Assembly (NCBI GenBank): GCA_039584815.1
Contig: JBDGXC010000005.1
Coordinates: forward strand, 30,633-94,632
Source: Gemmatimonadota bacterium
Lineage (GTDB): Bacteria > Gemmatimonadota > Gemmatimonadetes > Palauibacterales > Palauibacteraceae
DNA: 64,000 nt
Reading direction: 5' to 3'
The position numbers were made by a program, and so were the translations under genes. Shown in pieces: positions 61,343 to 64,000 of this stretch. Within the stretch, counting starts at the first letter, position 1; each line of letters starts with the position of its first letter. A model generated the notes under the pieces. The model was not told where the DNA came from and searched no databases. It saw only the letters and a program-made list of their open reading frames with translations.

Positions 61343-61810
61343 ATGCGTCTGCAGGACATCCTCCGTCGTAAGGGTGCCGAGGTCGTGACCGTCGGGCCCG
61401 ACGCGACCGTCCTCGATGCCGTACGCCGGATGAACGAGCACAAGATCGGCGCGACGGTCGTAACCGACGCGGATGGCGGCGTGCTCGGGATCATCTCGGA
61501 GCGCGATGTCCTGCACATGTGCGGGGAGAGGTGCGGGAGCTCCGCGGAAGCGAAAGCGGCCGGCGATCCGTGGGAGAGTCCGGTGGCGGATCTGATGACC
61601 GAGGACGTGATCATCGCTCTGCCCGAGGACACGATCGACTACGCGATGGGCATCATGACCCAGAACCGCGTCCGGCACCTGCCCGTGCTGGAGGAAGGCC
61701 TCCTGGCCGGCATCGTGTCGATCGGGGACGTCGTGCGGGAGATCCTCCACGAGGCGGAATACGAGAACCGAGCGCTCAGAAGCTACATCCAGGGCACGGC
61801 CACCCACTGA
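61343..61810 (+). CDS. CBS-pair domain protein
   Basis: AAAGGAG upstream of ATG 61343. Two CBS repeats (HKIGATVVTD..GIISERDV and NRVRHLPVLE..GIVSIGDV). Confidence 0.88.
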   Translation: MRLQDILRRKGAEVVTVGPDATVLDAVRRMNEHKIGATVVTDADGGVLGIISERDVLHMCGERCGSSAEAKAAGDPWESPVADLMTEDVIIALPEDTIDYAMGIMTQNRVRHLPVLEEGLLAGIVSIGDVVREILHEAEYENRALRSYIQGTATH

Positions 61811-61875
61811 CGCCGGCGCCCCCAGGTGCGGATGCGGGATGCCGGGTGACAGATCCCCAACTCGGGAGACAGCAC

Positions 61876-62298
61876 ATGAACGTGAAGAAGCTCCTCATCG
61901 CAACCGTGATCGTTGGCGTGGTCCTGAACGTGTTCGATTTCGTGGTGCATGGCATGCTGCTCCGGGGCACGTATGAATCGCTGCCCGACCTGTTCGCGCA
62001 GAACGATTCGGTCGCCGGTTTCGTGATCGGCGACTTCGTGTTTGCGCTGGTCTTCGTGTGGTTCTACGACCGCGTGCGTTCGAGCTTCGGTGAAGGTACC
62101 GCGAACGGCGCGAAGCTCGGGTTCTACGTGGGTGTGCTTCTCGGCTTTCCCGCGCAGCTGTTCGCCCCGATGATGTTCGTGGGATTCCCGTACGCGCTGG
62201 GGTGGGAGTGGGTCGCCGTCACGATCCTGGTCGGGGTGCTGGCGGGCGCGACCGCCGGAGCGGTGTACGGGACGGAGGCGAGAGCGGCGGCCGTCTAA
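61876..62298 (+). CDS. small integral membrane protein (possibly DUF1761-like)
   Basis: 140 aa, four hydrophobic segments. Family name uncertain. Confidence 0.6.
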   Translation: MNVKKLLIATVIVGVVLNVFDFVVHGMLLRGTYESLPDLFAQNDSVAGFVIGDFVFALVFVWFYDRVRSSFGEGTANGAKLGFYVGVLLGFPAQLFAPMMFVGFPYALGWEWVAVTILVGVLAGATAGAVYGTEARAAAV

Positions 62299-62375
62299 GG
62301 GTTCTTACGCCAGGAGCTGGCCGCGCGTACGGAAGGCACGCCGCCCGACCCCAGGCTACGGCCTTCCGCACGGAG

Positions 62376-63152
62376 GTGAGCTTGGCGGCCGTCGCGTTCC
62401 ACACCCTGTCGAGGCCTCACGGCCTGAGCGCCGACCTCGGGGAGTCGGACATCCACGTGTGGAAAGCGCGGCTGGATGTCCCGCGCGAGCGCCTGGCGCA
62501 GCTGGAGCGAACGCTGTCCCCGGGCGAGCGGCAGCGCGCCGCGAGCCGGCGGGTGGAGGCGGACCGGAGACGGGCCACGGCCAGCCGGGGTCTCCTGCGG
62601 CACGTTCTCGCCGCGTATTCCGGGGGGGCCGCCGCGGAGCTACGCCTTACGTATGGTCCCGCAGGCAAGCCCCGGATGCCGGCCGCCGCGAGCGATGAGC
62701 CGCTCCACTTCAACACGGCTCATTCGGGTGACGTGCTCCTCATCGCGATCGGTCGGATCCCGTCGCTCGGCATCGACGTCGAGCGGATTCGTCCGATCGC
62801 CCGCTTCGAGAACGTGGCCCGCCGCGCCTTCTCCGACGAGGAACGCATGCGGATCCAGGCTCTCGCCCCGCACCAGCGGACCGAGGCCTTCATCACTTGC
62901 TGGACGCGCAAGGAGGCATGCGTAAAGGCGGTCGGCGAGGGAGTGTGGTCCGCCTTCCGTCGATTCGAGGTCTCGGTCGAGCCCGGCAAGGCGGCCGCCG
63001 TGCTGACGGCGGACGGCGACTCCGCAGCGGCGGCGGGCTGGTCTCTGTACCACCTCGAGCCGGCTCCCGGCCACGTGGGAGCGTTGGCGGTCCGGGGCCG
63101 TGGATGTCGGGTCTCGGCGGGAACGCTCGATTCACCGAGGGCAGAGCTTTGA
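62376..63152 (+). CDS. Sfp-type 4'-phosphopantetheinyl transferase
   Basis: DIHVWKARLD, FNTAHSGDVLLIAI, GIDVERI, WTRKEACVKAVG motifs. Start uncertain (GTG 62376 or TTG 62382). Confidence 0.85.
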   Translation: MSLAAVAFHTLSRPHGLSADLGESDIHVWKARLDVPRERLAQLERTLSPGERQRAASRRVEADRRRATASRGLLRHVLAAYSGGAAAELRLTYGPAGKPRMPAAASDEPLHFNTAHSGDVLLIAIGRIPSLGIDVERIRPIARFENVARRAFSDEERMRIQALAPHQRTEAFITCWTRKEACVKAVGEGVWSAFRRFEVSVEPGKAAAVLTADGDSAAAAGWSLYHLEPAPGHVGALAVRGRGCRVSAGTLDSPRAEL

Positions 63153-64000
63153 CCGTTCTCAAGACCGATGTCCGGCCTGGTGGCTATCACGACTCGATCG
63201 TCTTGATGCAGTTGCAGGCGGCGCTGGCGGAGCTGCCGGGAGTGCTGGACGCCGGGGCGGTGATGGCCACGACGGACAACCGGGCGCTTCTGGCGGCCAA
63301 CGACCTTCTCCCCGAGGAAGCGGTCCAAGCCGGGCCGGGAGACCTGCTCGTGGTCGTGAAGGCCGAGACCGAGAATGCCGCCGCCGAGGCCCTGTCGCGG
63401 GTCGAGGCATTGCTGGTTCGGGGCGGAGGCGATGCGGGAGACGAATACGTGCCGCGGAGCCTGGAATCTGCGATCCGGATCCTGCCCGCTGCGCGGTGGG
63501 CGCTGATCTCAGTACCGGGCCGCTTCGCGGCTCGCGCGGCCGGAGAAGCCCTCGACCGCGGGCTGCACGTCTTCCTGTACAGCGACAACGTGTCGATTGC
63601 CGACGAAGTCGCGCTCAAACAGAGAGCGGTAGCGGCGGGTCGGCTGATGATGGGACCGGACTGCGGCACGGCGTGGATCAACGGGATCGGCCTCGGGTTC
63701 GCCAACCGCGTGCGCAGGGGCTCGATCGGCCTCGTGGGAGCGTCGGGCACGGGCCTGCAGGCGATCTGCAGCCACGTGCACGCACTCGGTAGCGGCGTGT
63801 CCCACGCCATCGGCACAGGGGGGCGGGATCTGGATGCGGAGGTCGGCGCGATGACCTGCCAGCAGGGCCTGGACCTGCTGGCGCGCGATCCCGGAACGGA
63901 CGTGATCGTGATGGTGTCCAAGCCACCCGTACCCTCCGTGGCCCGGTCCGTTCTCGCCGCCGCGAGGAGCACCGGAAAGCCGGTCGTCGTGCATTTTCTG
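63149..64000 (+). CDS. fdrA: FdrA family (succinyl-CoA-ligase-alpha-like) protein, N-terminal 284 codons
   Basis: Not in the ORF track (no stop in the window; TTG start). Hand translation LTVLKTDVRPGGYHDSIVLMQLQ ... LISVPGRFAA ... MMGPDCGTAWINGIGLGFAN ... GLVGASGTGLQ ... AIGTGGRD matches the FdrA pattern. TTG overlaps the PPTase stop (TTGA). Confidence 0.8.
   Translation, partial: MTVLKTDVRPGGYHDSIVLMQLQAALAELPGVLDAGAVMATTDNRALLAANDLLPEEAVQAGPGDLLVVVKAETENAAAEALSRVEALLVRGGGDAGDEYVPRSLESAIRILPAARWALISVPGRFAARAAGEALDRGLHVFLYSDNVSIADEVALKQRAVAAGRLMMGPDCGTAWINGIGLGFANRVRRGSIGLVGASGTGLQAICSHVHALGSGVSHAIGTGGRDLDAEVGAMTCQQGLDLLARDPGTDVIVMVSKPPVPSVARSVLAAARSTGKPVVVHFL

Overview
Very GC-rich bacterial chromosomal segment (roughly 68-70 percent by eye, not computed). 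It is almost fully coding on both strands, with about 55 protein genes. I found no rRNA, tRNA, CRISPR array, transposase, integrase or phage gene, so this reads as ordinary chromosome rather than a mobile or defence island. I could not identify a clear-cut new multi-gene system. PadR plus ADOP-type duplicated FtsX permease pairs, membrane-anchored TPR proteins and many secreted peptidases (amidohydrolase, S33, M55, M28, S8, M61) suggest an Acidobacteriota/Gemmatimonadota-like host (inference only). Left end: a complete minus-strand trp operon (leader peptide, trpE, trpG, a single-frame trpD-trpC-trpF fusion, trpB, and trpA cut by the window edge). About 2 kb away lies a four-module chorismate mutase / prephenate dehydratase / ACT / DAHP synthase fusion gene. 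The strongest signals are regulatory and too small for the ORF track. (1) A textbook ribosome-mediated attenuator upstream of trpE: a 30-codon leader with four consecutive Trp codons, fed by an apparently leaderless promoter. (2) A strong intrinsic terminator inside the 5' leader of the aromatic fusion gene. (3) A TetR gene with two near-identical operators, one of them in front of an MMPL / LolA-like / beta-barrel module. (4) An AT-rich island with a perfect 20-bp palindrome and three TGATATAA motifs between a PadR-led four-gene operon (SCP2-membrane protein, Isf-like flavoprotein, orphan ADOP permease) and a Ser/Thr kinase gene. The rest is housekeeping, envelope and peptidase genes. All family names come from motifs recognised by eye; no database search, RNA folding or statistics were run. 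Coordinates of short elements were checked against the frames of the supplied ORF track.
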